Origin: Escherichia coli
GTDB taxonomy: Bacteria; Pseudomonadota; Gammaproteobacteria; Enterobacterales; Enterobacteriaceae
Reading direction: 5' to 3' (one strand)
Assembly (NCBI RefSeq): GCF_048403405.1
Contig: NZ_CP183129.1
Length of the DNA: 64,000 bases
Part shown: piece after piece, positions 10,258-20,375 of the stretch
Position numbering within the stretch: position 1 is the stretch's first letter
How the letters are laid out: every line of letters starts with the position of its first letter
Notes under the pieces: model-generated
Told to the model about the DNA's origin: nothing
Databases searched by the model: none
Seen by the model: only the letters and a program-made list of their open reading frames with translations
Position numbers and translations under genes: made by a program

Positions 10258-10340
10258 GCATGTGAGATTGCACAATATATAAAAGTTATGCTATCTGGAT
10301 TCATTTGTAGAACTACCAGACAACATTCAAGGAGAGCGTA

Positions 10341-11126
10341 ATGGTCAGCTATAATGTGACTAATGTGTGGGGGCTAATCGTTTTTTTCCTTTGTAGCTTT
10401 GCAGTATTAGCATTTTTTAGCTTTGGTAAAAGTAACCTTATGAGGCTTATTGCACATTATTTCAATTTTGGATATTCAGACAAAAAATTAAAAAGACTTG
10501 ACCGCGAGTGGCGCGACATTCAACTATTTAAAATAATTAATGGAATCAATGTATCAGGCATTGAAAATGTGAGAATGATACAGCAGGGACTGATTGATGG
10601 AAAACTAAAAACATCGTATTTTTTCCTTACTCGCATCTGGGGTGACATAACAAAACCACCACACATAATTAAAACAATAATTGTAATTCTGGCCAGTATT
10701 TTTTACATTCTCCTCGCATGTTACATACACAACGAACAATCCGTTATAGTAAGGGATGCCATAGGCATACCATATAAAAACATGATGTACTATGTTTATA
10801 GTGACAAAGTTCTTTTATCCTTCAAAAATAAAGCAGTTGAATTTAATAAAACTTATAGCCTTGCCGATTGCAAGAGACTGCAAAACGTATTTATAAAAGA
10901 CACACTTCCTGAGATCGCCTGCAATAAGCTCTTACAGCTAAACGAGGAGGACTCCGAATGGTTAAGCCAGGAGATTAAAGATAATAACAGTCACAAAAAA
11001 GCATTATTAATACTATCCCTCGTCTATTTCACTTCAGGTCTGGTTATATTCCTGTCATATACAAAATTCTTTTACGCCAATAAGAAGGTTTTAGAATACA
11101 AAGCATCAAATAAAAATCACTCATAA
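10341..11126 (+). CDS. Cargo membrane protein with three hydrophobic segments, at the P2 orf30 position; function unknown
   Basis: ATG at 10341 with AAGGAG 7 nt upstream; 261 aa; hydrophobic helices near residues 9-28, ~110-130 and ~222-241; strongly AT-rich by eye; opposite strand to flanking late genes; followed by a 12-bp-stem hairpin. Confidence 0.6.
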   Translation: MVSYNVTNVWGLIVFFLCSFAVLAFFSFGKSNLMRLIAHYFNFGYSDKKLKRLDREWRDIQLFKIINGINVSGIENVRMIQQGLIDGKLKTSYFFLTRIWGDITKPPHIIKTIIVILASIFYILLACYIHNEQSVIVRDAIGIPYKNMMYYVYSDKVLLSFKNKAVEFNKTYSLADCKRLQNVFIKDTLPEIACNKLLQLNEEDSEWLSQEIKDNNSHKKALLILSLVYFTSGLVIFLSYTKFFYANKKVLEYKASNKNHS

Positions 11127-11132
11127 ACCTCT

Positions 11133-11167
11133 AAACATTGAGCGACCAGCATGGCCGCTCAATGTTT
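11133..11167. terminator. Hairpin (12-bp perfect stem AAACATTGAGCG/CGCTCAATGTTT) between the membrane-protein gene and S; likely bidirectional terminator
   Basis: Inverted repeat read directly from the sequence. Confidence 0.6.
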
Positions 11168-11197
11168 AATTGCGCATCAGCCTCTGCCTGGATAAAA

Positions 11198-11650
11198 CTA
11201 ACGCTCAAGGTGAGTCAGGATAATCTCTTCAATCATCTGCACATCCTCACCGGTAAAGCTGAGCAGAGGACGCGCCGGATAATCAATTTTCTTACCGTCT
11301 TTCCGGGTTTCTTCCGACAGACCGAACTGATGCACACTGGCGATTTTCGGCGACTTCCCGCCGTAAAATTCCATTGATGCCTGTTCCGGGCTGGCGCGGA
11401 TATGCAAAAAACGACTGGTGATAAGTTTCGCAAACATTTTTCGCTTAACACGACCGGTCTTTTTTCTGGCGCTCTGCTGCTGGCGTGGCGCGTAGGGTGT
11501 GCCGTCCGGGGCTTTCTGTGCCATCACCCGACGCTGCTGACTCTGCCGCAGACGCTTCGCCAGCTCTGCACTCAGCCGCCGACGCCCTGACGGTGACAGC
11601 GACTCAATCAGTCCGGTCAGCCGGTCTTCAAAACGCTTAAACTCATTCAT
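11198..11650 (-). CDS. S: Tail completion protein gpS
   Basis: 150 aa, P2 order. Confidence 0.85.
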   Translation of the reverse strand: MNEFKRFEDRLTGLIESLSPSGRRRLSAELAKRLRQSQQRRVMAQKAPDGTPYAPRQQQSARKKTGRVKRKMFAKLITSRFLHIRASPEQASMEFYGGKSPKIASVHQFGLSEETRKDGKKIDYPARPLLSFTGEDVQMIEEIILTHLER

Positions 11651-12110
11651 CCCACTTGCTCACCAGTTCGCCATTGATATAAAGCTCCATCGGGCGGGTG
11701 ACCGGCTCCGGCGGCGGGGGTTCCGGGATATTCTTCACATGCAGTGCGCCGTCCACCTCACTGACCAGCGTTCGCTCGGTCAGCATCAGGCTGATGCTGA
11801 TATCAAAGCTGCTGTCATTGTTGATGTCCGCATAAAACGTGAAGCCCTTTTTCTGGCCTGCGTCGGTGGTCATGATGTCGGGCTGATTTTCCCGCAGCCA
11901 CGCCAGCACCGGCACAATGAGCAGGTCAAAATCACCGGTAAAGTCGGTCACAATCACATTGAGCGTGTAACGCTTTTCGAATGACAGCGACGTCGCCAGT
12001 GTGGAGGCAATACTCCCGTTATCCACGAATATCCGCAGCATATCGGGGTTAGTTTTCAGCACCGTGACGGCATCAGTCAGCGCCCTGCGCAGGCTGTCGG
12101 GTTTGAGCAT
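11643..12110 (-). CDS. R: Tail completion protein gpR
   Basis: 155 aa, P2 order. Confidence 0.85.
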   Translation of the reverse strand: MLKPDSLRRALTDAVTVLKTNPDMLRIFVDNGSIASTLATSLSFEKRYTLNVIVTDFTGDFDLLIVPVLAWLRENQPDIMTTDAGQKKGFTFYADINNDSSFDISISLMLTERTLVSEVDGALHVKNIPEPPPPEPVTRPMELYINGELVSKWDE

Positions 12111-12363
12111 CGTTTTCGTCCTGACAGTGTTTAATCATTTTTACCTGGCTGGCACAGCGTGCCAGCGCGTTCTCAAGCTGCCGGATATCGGCACTTAAAT
12201 CGCCGTTCGTCTCCGGGTCACTGCCCGGCATCGGGCAAAGACTCACTTTCGGGCAGGCGTTGTGGACAATCACTGGCGTCAGTGCAGGCCGGACGCTGGT
12301 GCAACCGGCGCACAGCATCAGGCAGGTCAGCGCCATACCAGCGGCGAAAATCTTCGTTTTCAT
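12073..12363 (-). CDS. lysC: LysC (Rz1-like outer-membrane lipoprotein), nested within lysB in another frame
   Basis: ATG at 12363; MKTKIFAAGMALTCLMLCAGC lipoprotein signal with lipobox Cys; ~96 aa. Confidence 0.7.
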   Translation of the reverse strand: MKTKIFAAGMALTCLMLCAGCTSVRPALTPVIVHNACPKVSLCPMPGSDPETNGDLSADIRQLENALARCASQVKMIKHCQDENDAQTRQPAQGAD

Positions 12364-12643
12364 TGAGTAACCTCGTGATGGTTTTCTCGCGCTGTGCTTC
12401 ACGCTTCGCGGCGTTCTCCAGTTCCTGACGCAGTGCCACCTGCGCCAGCTCGTTTTTGTCTGCCCTGGTGAGCGCAACATGAAGCTGATTTTTCAGCATG
12501 GTGATGGTCGTCTGCTGCCCGCTGGCGACGTTGTTCGCCCTGTCCAGCGAGGCGCGCAGGCTGGCATTTTTGTGTTTCACCAGAAACAGACCGGCCACCG
12601 CCAGTGATAACAACACAACCAGCACAGTCATCAGCCTTGACAT
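12218..12643 (-). CDS. lysB: LysB (Rz-like spanin component)
   Basis: ATG at 12643 (MSRLMTVLVVLLSLAV...), N-terminal TM helix, coiled-coil-like remainder; ~141 aa. Confidence 0.75.
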   Translation of the reverse strand: MSRLMTVLVVLLSLAVAGLFLVKHKNASLRASLDRANNVASGQQTTITMLKNQLHVALTRADKNELAQVALRQELENAAKREAQREKTITRLLNENEDFRRWYGADLPDAVRRLHQRPACTDASDCPQRLPESESLPDAGQ

Positions 12644-13056
12644 GGTTCCCACCCCTCAAAACGCTGACAGCAGGCCGTACGTATCAACCGGAAGAACACC
12701 GATGCCACAAGATAAATCAGCGCGGTAAAAATCCACCCGGCAGCGACCAGCGAGATAAACGTCGCCACCACCACTACCAGAGCCACTGCCCGTCTGCGCC
12801 ACGGCACCGGCTGCAAAAACAGCGACGTGACAATCTTCACGGCCAGCGATTCCGGCGGCAGCTCCCGTCCGTAGCGTTCCAGTACATACTCAGTGGCATA
12901 CATGCCGACACCACCGGCAACCACACAGATAACCGTCGCCAGAATCGCCCAGGTGGCGACAAAACTGACGGCCACGCTCTGCGGGTAAATCAGGGACAGT
13001 GCCAGCATCAGCGCCAGCGACACGTTCAGCATCAGTGAAAGGGATAATTTCTTCAT
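12631..13056 (-). CDS. lysA: LysA (membrane protein of lysis cassette)
   Basis: 141 aa, multiple hydrophobic helices, P2 order. Confidence 0.75.
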   Translation of the reverse strand: MKKLSLSLMLNVSLALMLALSLIYPQSVAVSFVATWAILATVICVVAGGVGMYATEYVLERYGRELPPESLAVKIVTSLFLQPVPWRRRAVALVVVVATFISLVAAGWIFTALIYLVASVFFRLIRTACCQRFEGWEPCQG

Positions 13057-13070
13057 GGTGTTTACTCCGT

Positions 13071-13568
13071 TTAAGCCGGTACGCCGCCAGCGGTACGCCA
13101 GACGGTGACCAGTTTTTCCAGTGAATGCTCACGCTGACCGTAACCGGCACCCGGCAGGGACGCCCAGATATTGCGACAGCGTGAAATGGCGCGTTCAATG
13201 CGTCCCGCCCGGATGTCATCCAGTGCACCGCGTTCGCGGATCAACTGAATGGCGAGTCTGTCCTGTGACAACGGACTGAAATCCGGCAGGGCAAGCTGTT
13301 TGCGGTAATGCGGCCAGAACAGGTAAAGCTGCTGATAGCGACCGGAGGCCGTTGATTTTTCACCGCGACGGTTAAACACCTTCGCCGGTCGGCCATGTGC
13401 GAACGGGTGGTCACTGTAGTCGGTGAAAATTTCCGGCTTTCCGTCCAGTCCGGTGACTATCACGTCATAGCCCCGGTTTTTCGTCAGCGGATGATTCGCC
13501 GTCCCTTCGGACACGGCCAGCATGTCGAGAAAGGCGGCGATATTCTGATGCGTGTTAATTACCGGCAT
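13071..13568 (-). CDS. K: Endolysin gpK
   Basis: 165 aa, P2 order. Confidence 0.85.
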   Translation of the reverse strand: MPVINTHQNIAAFLDMLAVSEGTANHPLTKNRGYDVIVTGLDGKPEIFTDYSDHPFAHGRPAKVFNRRGEKSTASGRYQQLYLFWPHYRKQLALPDFSPLSQDRLAIQLIRERGALDDIRAGRIERAISRCRNIWASLPGAGYGQREHSLEKLVTVWRTAGGVPA

Positions 13569-13849
13569 TACGGTTTCCCCCTGCCCTTAAAGCGGCGCTG
13601 AATGGCAATCTCAATCACCTGATAACCGGCGATACCCAGCATGGAGCCGATGCCGCACACCGCAGGCAGTGACAGGTCAGGAAACTGCACCAGAACAACA
13701 CCGGCAACCATCGAGACAAAACCACCGAGTAACATGCGCCCGATAAACAGACGCGGGGTGATGGGTTCACCACCGGCAAGCACCTTGCCGACAACAATCA
13801 GCACCCCAATCATGAAAAGCGACAGGACGCTTTTTTCTTCTGCTGTCAT
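13568..13849 (-). CDS. Y: Holin gpY
   Basis: 93 aa, hydrophobic, precedes K. Confidence 0.8.
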   Translation of the reverse strand: MTAEEKSVLSLFMIGVLIVVGKVLAGGEPITPRLFIGRMLLGGFVSMVAGVVLVQFPDLSLPAVCGIGSMLGIAGYQVIEIAIQRRFKGRGKP

Positions 13850-13852
13850 GCG

Positions 13853-14056
13853 TTACTCCCACAGATTGACAGTTTCAGCCACGGGCGCGGTCTGAACGTC
13901 GGGCAGTTCGACGGCGGTGCCGTGCGGCAGCACCGCACCCAGTTCAGCCAGTCCCGGATTTGCGGCGAGCACGGCCTCGACCACGCCCTCAGTGCGCCCG
14001 TAATACCGGACACAGATGGCGTCGAGCGTGTCGCCCTGTAGCGCAAAGGTCTTCAT
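13853..14056 (-). CDS. X: Tail protein gpX
   Basis: ATG at 14056 (MKTFALQGDTLDAICVRYYG...), 67 aa. Confidence 0.8.
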   Translation of the reverse strand: MKTFALQGDTLDAICVRYYGRTEGVVEAVLAANPGLAELGAVLPHGTAVELPDVQTAPVAETVNLWE

Positions 14057-14565
14057 CAGATTTGACTCACAATGCAGCGCGGCTTGTCCTGGATTCGCGC
14101 CACTGCCCAGCGCATATCCCGCCACAGCTCATCAATGGTGCTGTCAATGCTGTCGGCCTTCTTGTCGCCTTTGGCACTGGCATCCACGCCGCGATAACGC
14201 TCATAAAGCGACGCGGTCGCCATCGCACACACGGCGCGCTCGTAGTAAAAAACTTTGATGCTTTCACCGTCGATGTCGTCCGCCGGGACTTCCGCCAGAC
14301 ACGTAAAACCGGCGGCAATTTTCTGTTCGCGGTACTCGTACAGCTCCGCATTCGTCTCCGCCATGCCTGACTTGATGGCCTCACGCAGACGGGCGGGGGC
14401 GACGGTCTGCTCAAGGCGCATACGTTCCCGGACGCGCTTCGGGTCGATATCGGGAAAAAAGAACGTGTTTTTAATCACCGGCTCGTCGCCTGCCGGTTGC
14501 GGGATGACCACCGTACCCTCACCGGACACGGGAGCCTCCTTTCGCGGAATAATCAGCGTCATCAT
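14056..14565 (-). CDS. L: Head completion protein gpL
   Basis: ATG at 14565 (MMTLIIPRKEAP...), GAGG upstream; ~169 aa; ATGA overlap with X. Confidence 0.85.
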   Translation of the reverse strand: MMTLIIPRKEAPVSGEGTVVIPQPAGDEPVIKNTFFFPDIDPKRVRERMRLEQTVAPARLREAIKSGMAETNAELYEYREQKIAAGFTCLAEVPADDIDGESIKVFYYERAVCAMATASLYERYRGVDASAKGDKKADSIDSTIDELWRDMRWAVARIQDKPRCIVSQI

Positions 14566-14664
14566 GACTACCTCTGAAAAGTCGGGCGGTGGACGCCGGT
14601 GCAGTGTCAGGTGATTCACCCTCACTGACCGGCGTGCCGCCCTGGCGCGGGGCGCATTCGGTTG

Positions 14665-15408
14665 TTAACTGGCTTTCTTTTTCGGGCGTCCACGTTTTGC
14701 CGGTGTCACGCTCCGGGTCTTACGCGGGGCGCGGGTGGCCGCTTTGGGCTGCGGCTCCGGCTTCGGTTTCAGCTCCCGCTCCAGTCGTTCAATCTCTTTT
14801 TTGACGCCTGCCTGACAGTCGAGCTGTGTCGCACGTTGCAGGTGCGCCAGCGCGCCGGCGGCATCACCAGCGTCACGCAGAAACAGACCGGTGATTTTGT
14901 GCAGCTTTGCGCGCACTTCATCAGGCATGTCAGCCGTGGCGGTCAGTTCAAGGGTGTCCGTCAGCAGGCGGGGATCCACAGACTCACCGGCAGCGTGAGC
15001 GCGCATGGCCGCAAGCGCCACCTCCTCGGTGAACATGTACGGCGGGGTGCGGCGGTGTTTCCCCGGCATGGTCAGACCATACTTCAGGGCATAACGGGCA
15101 ATCTCCAGCGCACCGGCAATATCGCCGGTATCCAGACGCCACAGCATGACCGTCATCAGAATGTCATCCTGTGCACCTTTGCCCTGCTCCAGCACGCCGT
15201 TCACCCACGGCAACCAGAACGGCAGCAGTTCGCGTTTTTTCGCGGCCTTCAGCTCTTTTGAATAAATCGCTTTCAGTGTGCGCTGGTCTGCGGCCAGCTT
15301 GACCAGCATCTGCTCATAGACAGTTGCATGTCGCAGCGGGGCGGCTTCCCGCTGCGCGGTCATCGCTGCCGAGACCCGCATCATGTGGCGCTGTGCGGGA
15401 CTCGTCAT
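14665..15408 (-). CDS. M: Terminase small (endonuclease) subunit gpM
   Basis: 247 aa, P2 order. Confidence 0.9.
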   Translation of the reverse strand: MTSPAQRHMMRVSAAMTAQREAAPLRHATVYEQMLVKLAADQRTLKAIYSKELKAAKKRELLPFWLPWVNGVLEQGKGAQDDILMTVMLWRLDTGDIAGALEIARYALKYGLTMPGKHRRTPPYMFTEEVALAAMRAHAAGESVDPRLLTDTLELTATADMPDEVRAKLHKITGLFLRDAGDAAGALAHLQRATQLDCQAGVKKEIERLERELKPKPEPQPKAATRAPRKTRSVTPAKRGRPKKKAS

Positions 15409-15411
15409 CGG

Positions 15412-16485
15412 TTACGCTCCCGGCTCTGCGGTCGCTTTAGCCGGTGTGGAGAAATCACCGACCTTAATTTTTTCCACCAGACAACCGGCGGCGTAGTCTT
15501 CCACCACGTAATCAATGTTCATTGACTCGTAGTTCTCCACGCGGTCGAGTTTCGGGTTTTCCACAATCACGCGGCGATGGCTGTCATCCATGTAGTAGAT
15601 GGACAGGTTTTCCAGCTTCGTGATGAGCATCGCATCCGCCGGGAAGTACGGGACGCGTACCGCCGGCAGGTTGCCGATGCGTTTCTGGCTGATGATGACG
15701 TCAGCGGCCAGCATCTCGCTGTTGTCCTGCTCCTTGTTAACGATGGGGAAATACTTGTCCGCCAGTAGCTGACGCCCCACAATCACCACAAGGTCAGGGT
15801 CTTCCTGATACCACGGCTCAATCAGGTTGTTGGTCGCATCCATCACCAGTGCATCGAGGCTGGCATAATCACCACCCTTACCCACGCGGATGACCTCAGA
15901 GGTGGTGTGACCTTCCTCGTCAGTAACCTTGCTCATCACGCGCGCCGGGGCTTCATTGCGGTATTTCTGCAGCCAGCCGACCGCCACATCCTGCAGCATC
16001 GGATTGCTGCTGCGGTCAGAGGTTTCGGCACGCTTCACGCCGTTAAAACCGGCCATGATGAAATCAAGGGACTGGCGTTTGATAATGGCGTTACGGATAC
16101 GGAGCTGGAAATCCTGATAACGCGCCCACAGGTCCAGCGTTTTGTAGCGGATATAAAAATCGAAGTTAATCTGGTCGCATTCGTACTTGTTTGACGCCAG
16201 CTTCGAGAAGTCCTTCGGCTGACGCTCGGTGCCACCGGCGGTGTCGGTGGTGCTGGCGATGGAGCCGGTGACACCAATACCAATTTTTTCCCCTTTCATT
16301 TCGCTGACCGGCACAATGTTGATGCGGGTCAGAAAATCAGAGGACTCCTGCATGGTGTTCATCAGGATCTGGGTGACCGACGGTTCAACGGTGAATTTTT
16401 TCGACACATCACCGGCGTCGATGCCGTTCAGTTCGGCAACACGGGACAGGTAGGCATTAAATTTAAAGCGGGTTTCCTGGCGCAT
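15412..16485 (-). CDS. N: Major capsid protein gpN
   Basis: 357 aa, P2 order. Confidence 0.9.
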   Translation of the reverse strand: MRQETRFKFNAYLSRVAELNGIDAGDVSKKFTVEPSVTQILMNTMQESSDFLTRINIVPVSEMKGEKIGIGVTGSIASTTDTAGGTERQPKDFSKLASNKYECDQINFDFYIRYKTLDLWARYQDFQLRIRNAIIKRQSLDFIMAGFNGVKRAETSDRSSNPMLQDVAVGWLQKYRNEAPARVMSKVTDEEGHTTSEVIRVGKGGDYASLDALVMDATNNLIEPWYQEDPDLVVIVGRQLLADKYFPIVNKEQDNSEMLAADVIISQKRIGNLPAVRVPYFPADAMLITKLENLSIYYMDDSHRRVIVENPKLDRVENYESMNIDYVVEDYAAGCLVEKIKVGDFSTPAKATAEPGA

Positions 16486-16543
16486 AGTTTTTCCTGAAAT
16501 TAAGGGTTAATCGTGAAGGTTTTCCCGGACTGACTGACGCCGG

Positions 16544-17398
16544 TCAGCAGTTCGTCATCAGGGCGTCACCGCCACCGCCGGTGGCCTTGCTGCGGCGCTG
16601 CTGGGTCAGACTTTCGGTGTGGTCGAGGCTGTTTTTCAGGCGGGTGAATGCCTGGCTGGTTTCATCCGCCCTGTCAGTCACCTCCTGCTTAAGTGCGGAA
16701 AAGGCGGTTTCCATCTCAGCGAGGCGCTGCTCAGTGGCGCTCAGTTTTTCCTGCACATGTTCAGCAACAGCGGTCACCGCTTCATGCACGTCATTCAGAC
16801 GGGCGTCATCGCTGGCCTGTTTGCGGCCAAAAATGGATTTCACCTTTTCGGTCAGGGCGGTGAACACGGTTTCAGGCAGGTCTTCAAATTCCAGCTCAAC
16901 AGGCGTTGCCACTGAAATCAGGTTTTCAGGGCTTAATTTGAAGCGGTTCAGGGGGTTGTGTTTTGCCGTGCGGCAGAATTCCAGGTATTCCGTGCCGAGG
17001 CTTGCCGGGTCATCGGTGACGGCCAGACCCACCAGATAACATTTGCCGGTATTGGCAAAGTTCGGCTGAATTTCCATTGAGGTATAGACCTTCTGCGCGG
17101 CCTTGTTCATCGCGATAAGGTCATCGGTCGGGGTGATTTTCGCAAACAGCGCCCATTTGCCTTTCAGCGCCGAATCATCGTCAATCTTTTCGGCCTTCAG
17201 TTCGACCACATCGCCATAACGCTTAAAAATGCCGTCAGGCAGGATGCCGCGCAGATGTTCCAGGTTAATGCGGCAACCATAGACTCGCGGGTCAAAGGTT
17301 TCGGCCATTTCCTGAATATCCTGCGCACTGATGACACGCCCGTCACAGGTGTCACCCTCAACGCCGATACGAAAGAATTTTGAGACTTTTTTTGCCAT
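16544..17398 (-). CDS. O: Capsid scaffolding protein gpO
   Basis: ATG at 17398 (MAKKVSKFFRIGVEG...), ~284 aa. Confidence 0.9.
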   Translation of the reverse strand: MAKKVSKFFRIGVEGDTCDGRVISAQDIQEMAETFDPRVYGCRINLEHLRGILPDGIFKRYGDVVELKAEKIDDDSALKGKWALFAKITPTDDLIAMNKAAQKVYTSMEIQPNFANTGKCYLVGLAVTDDPASLGTEYLEFCRTAKHNPLNRFKLSPENLISVATPVELEFEDLPETVFTALTEKVKSIFGRKQASDDARLNDVHEAVTAVAEHVQEKLSATEQRLAEMETAFSALKQEVTDRADETSQAFTRLKNSLDHTESLTQQRRSKATGGGGDALMTNC

Positions 17399-17571
17399 TG
17401 TCAGGAGTCCTGAATAGTGATTAGAGGAGTCACATGTCGGCATCAGTTTCCCGACGATGCGCATCCTCCGCCATCAGTCCCGGATGGCTTATCACTGACA
17501 CAACAGCACCTTAGCGAATCGCAGGGCGCGACTCAGTAGCCTTGCCGTGTATTCATCACGGCGAGGTATTC
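17399..17571. promoter_or_regulatory. Divergent O/P intergenic region, expected site of the Ogr-dependent late promoters
   Basis: Position only (divergent late operons as in P2); partial dyad TGTCGG...CCGACG seen, but no confident TGT-N12-ACA match. Confidence 0.35.
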
Positions 17572-19344
17572 ATGACCATCACCACAGACACCACTCTTTT
17601 ACACGACCCGCGTCGTCAGGCGGCGCTGCTGTACTGGCAGGGGTTTTCCGTGCCGCAGATTGCCGCCATGTTGCAGATGAAACGCCCGACGGTGCAGAGC
17701 TGGAAACAGCGCGACGGCTGGGACAGCGTTGCCCCCATCAGCCGTGTCGAAATGAGTCTGGAAGCGCGGCTGACCCAGCTCATCATCAAACCGCAGAAAA
17801 CCGGCGGTGACTTCAAGGAAATTGACCTGCTGGGACGCCAGATTGAACGACTGGCACGGGTCAACCGCTACAGCCAGACCGGCAACGAGGCAGACCTTAA
17901 TCCGAACGTCGCTAACCGCAACAAAGGCGGGCGGCGCAAACCGAAAAAGAATTTTTTCAGTGACGAGGCCATCGAAAAGCTGGAGCAGATTTTCTTTGAG
18001 CAGTCTTTCGAATATCAGTTGCACTGGTATCGCGCCGGGCTTGAGCACCGCATCCGCGATATCCTGAAATCCCGCCAGATTGGCGCGACGTTTTATTTTT
18101 CCCGCGAGGCGCTGCTGCGCGCCCTGAAAACCGGTCATAACCAGATTTTTCTGTCGGCCAGTAAAACGCAGGCGTATGTGTTCCGCGAATACATCATCGC
18201 CTTTGCCCGTCTGGTTGACGTTGACCTGACCGGTGACCCGATTGTCCTGGGCAATAACGGCGCAAAACTGATTTTTCTCGGCACCAACTCCAACACCGCG
18301 CAGAGCCATAACGGCGACCTGTACGTCGACGAGATTTTCTGGATCCCGAATTTTCAGGTACTGCGTAAGGTGGCATCAGGTATGGCCTCACAGAGTCACC
18401 TGCGCTCGACCTATTTCTCCACCCCGTCCACGCTGGCACACGACGCCTACCCGTTCTGGTCGGGTGAACTGTTCAACCGGGGACGCGCCAGCGCCGCCGA
18501 ACGCGTGGAAATCGACGTCAGTCATAACGCCCTTGCCGGTGGGCTTCTCTGTGCGGACGGCCAGTGGCGACAGATTGTCACCATTGAGGACGCCCTGAAA
18601 GGCGGCTGCACGCTGTTCGACATTGAGCAGCTCAAACGCGAAAACAGCGCCGACGATTTTAAAAACCTGTTCATGTGTGAATTTGTTGACGACAAGGCGT
18701 CGGTGTTCCCGTTTGAGGAGCTGCAACGCTGCATGGTCGACACGCTGGAAGAATGGGAAGACTATGCGCCGTTTGCCGCAAATCCGTTCGGCTCCCGACC
18801 GGTATGGATTGGTTACGACCCGTCACACCGTGGCGACAGCGCAGGATGCGTGGTACTGGCACCGCCGGTGGTGGCCGGTGGCAAATTCAGGATCCTTGAG
18901 CGTCACCAGTGGAAAGGCATGGACTTTGCCACTCAGGCTGAATCCATCCGCAAACTCACCGAAAAATACAACGTCGAATACATCGGTATTGATGCCACCG
19001 GCCTCGGTGTCGGCGTGTTCCAGCTCGTGCGCTCGTTCTATCCCGCCGCGCGCGACATCCGCTACACGCCGGAAATGAAAACCGCAATGGTGCTCAAGGC
19101 AAAAGACGTCATCCGCCGTGGCTGTCTGGAATATGACGTCAGCGCCACCGACATCACCAGCTCGTTTATGGCTATCCGCAAGACCATGACCAGCAGCGGA
19201 CGCAGCGCCACCTATGAGGCCAGCCGCAGCGAGGAAGCCAGCCACGCCGACCTCGCCTGGGCGACCATGCACGCCCTGTTAAATGAGCCACTCACCGCCG
19301 GTATCAGCACCCCGCTGACATCCACCATTCTGGAGTTTTACTGA
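17572..19344 (+). CDS. P: Terminase large (ATPase) subunit gpP
   Basis: ATG at 17572 (MTITTDTTLL...), ~590 aa. Confidence 0.9.
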   Translation: MTITTDTTLLHDPRRQAALLYWQGFSVPQIAAMLQMKRPTVQSWKQRDGWDSVAPISRVEMSLEARLTQLIIKPQKTGGDFKEIDLLGRQIERLARVNRYSQTGNEADLNPNVANRNKGGRRKPKKNFFSDEAIEKLEQIFFEQSFEYQLHWYRAGLEHRIRDILKSRQIGATFYFSREALLRALKTGHNQIFLSASKTQAYVFREYIIAFARLVDVDLTGDPIVLGNNGAKLIFLGTNSNTAQSHNGDLYVDEIFWIPNFQVLRKVASGMASQSHLRSTYFSTPSTLAHDAYPFWSGELFNRGRASAAERVEIDVSHNALAGGLLCADGQWRQIVTIEDALKGGCTLFDIEQLKRENSADDFKNLFMCEFVDDKASVFPFEELQRCMVDTLEEWEDYAPFAANPFGSRPVWIGYDPSHRGDSAGCVVLAPPVVAGGKFRILERHQWKGMDFATQAESIRKLTEKYNVEYIGIDATGLGVGVFQLVRSFYPAARDIRYTPEMKTAMVLKAKDVIRRGCLEYDVSATDITSSFMAIRKTMTSSGRSATYEASRSEEASHADLAWATMHALLNEPLTAGISTPLTSTILEFY

Positions 19345-20363
19345 TGAGCAAGAAAAAAGGGAAAACACCGCAACCTGCGGCAAAAAAAATGACCGCCAGC
19401 GCCCCGAAAATGGAGGCATTCACCTTTGGCGAGCCGGTGCCGGTACTCGACCGCCGTGACATTCTGGATTACGTCGAGTGCATCAGTAACGGCAGATGGT
19501 ATGAGCCGCCGGTCAGCTTTACCGGTCTGGCGAAAAGCCTGCGTGCTGCCGTGCATCACAGCTCGCCGATTTACGTCAAACGCAATATTCTGGCCTCGAC
19601 ATTTATCCCGCATCCGTGGCTTTCCCAGCAGGATTTCAGCCGCTTTGTGCTGGATTTTCTGGTGTTCGGTAATGCGTTTCTGGAAAAGCGTTACAGCACC
19701 ACCGGTAAGGTCATCAGACTGGAAACCTCACCGGCAAAATATACCCGCCGTGGCGTGGAGGAGGATGTTTACTGGTGGGTGCCGTCCTTCAACGAGCCGA
19801 CAGCCTTCGCGCCCGGCTCCGTGTTTCACCTGCTGGAGCCGGATATCAATCAGGAGCTGTACGGCCTGCCGGAATATCTCAGCGCCCTTAACTCTGCCTG
19901 GCTGAATGAGTCGGCCACGCTGTTCCGCCGCAAGTATTACGAAAACGGCGCTCATGCCGGATACATCATGTATGTCACCGATGCCGTGCAGGATCGCAAC
20001 GATATCGAAATGCTTCGCGAAAACATGGTGAAGTCGAAAGGCCGCAACAACTTTAAAAACCTGTTTCTCTATGCCCCACAGGGGAAAGCCGACGGCATTA
20101 AAATTATCCCCCTCAGTGAAGTGGCGACGAAGGACGATTTTTTTAATATCAAAAAAGTCAGCGCCGCAGATCTCCTGGACGCACACCGCATCCCCTTTCA
20201 GTTGATGGGCGGTAAGCCGGAGAATGTCGGGTCACTAGGAGATATTGAAAAAGTGGCAAAGGTCTTTGTCCGCAATGAACTCACTCCATTACAGGAGAGA
20301 ATAAAGTCAATAAATGAATGGTTAGATATGGAAGTCATAAAATCCCTTGATTATAACTTATAA
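19344..20363 (+). CDS. Q: Portal protein gpQ
   Basis: 339 aa, ATGA overlap with P stop; last ~100 bp look AT-rich. Confidence 0.9.
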   Translation: MSKKKGKTPQPAAKKMTASAPKMEAFTFGEPVPVLDRRDILDYVECISNGRWYEPPVSFTGLAKSLRAAVHHSSPIYVKRNILASTFIPHPWLSQQDFSRFVLDFLVFGNAFLEKRYSTTGKVIRLETSPAKYTRRGVEEDVYWWVPSFNEPTAFAPGSVFHLLEPDINQELYGLPEYLSALNSAWLNESATLFRRKYYENGAHAGYIMYVTDAVQDRNDIEMLRENMVKSKGRNNFKNLFLYAPQGKADGIKIIPLSEVATKDDFFNIKKVSAADLLDAHRIPFQLMGGKPENVGSLGDIEKVAKVFVRNELTPLQERIKSINEWLDMEVIKSLDYNL

Positions 20364-20375
20364 GTAAATATATAA

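Noticed and set aside
17542-17571. Upstream extension of the terminase large subunit ORF (MPCIHHGEVF...)
   Set aside because: Depends on a non-ATG start; the ATG at 17572 with an upstream GAGG gives the expected ~590-aa protein.
20260-20363. AT-rich 3-prime end of portal gene Q, considered as evidence that the cargo insertion remodelled the Q C-terminus
   Set aside because: Cannot be judged without an alignment to reference Q sequences; the ORF is intact and of normal length (339 aa), so not reported as a finding.
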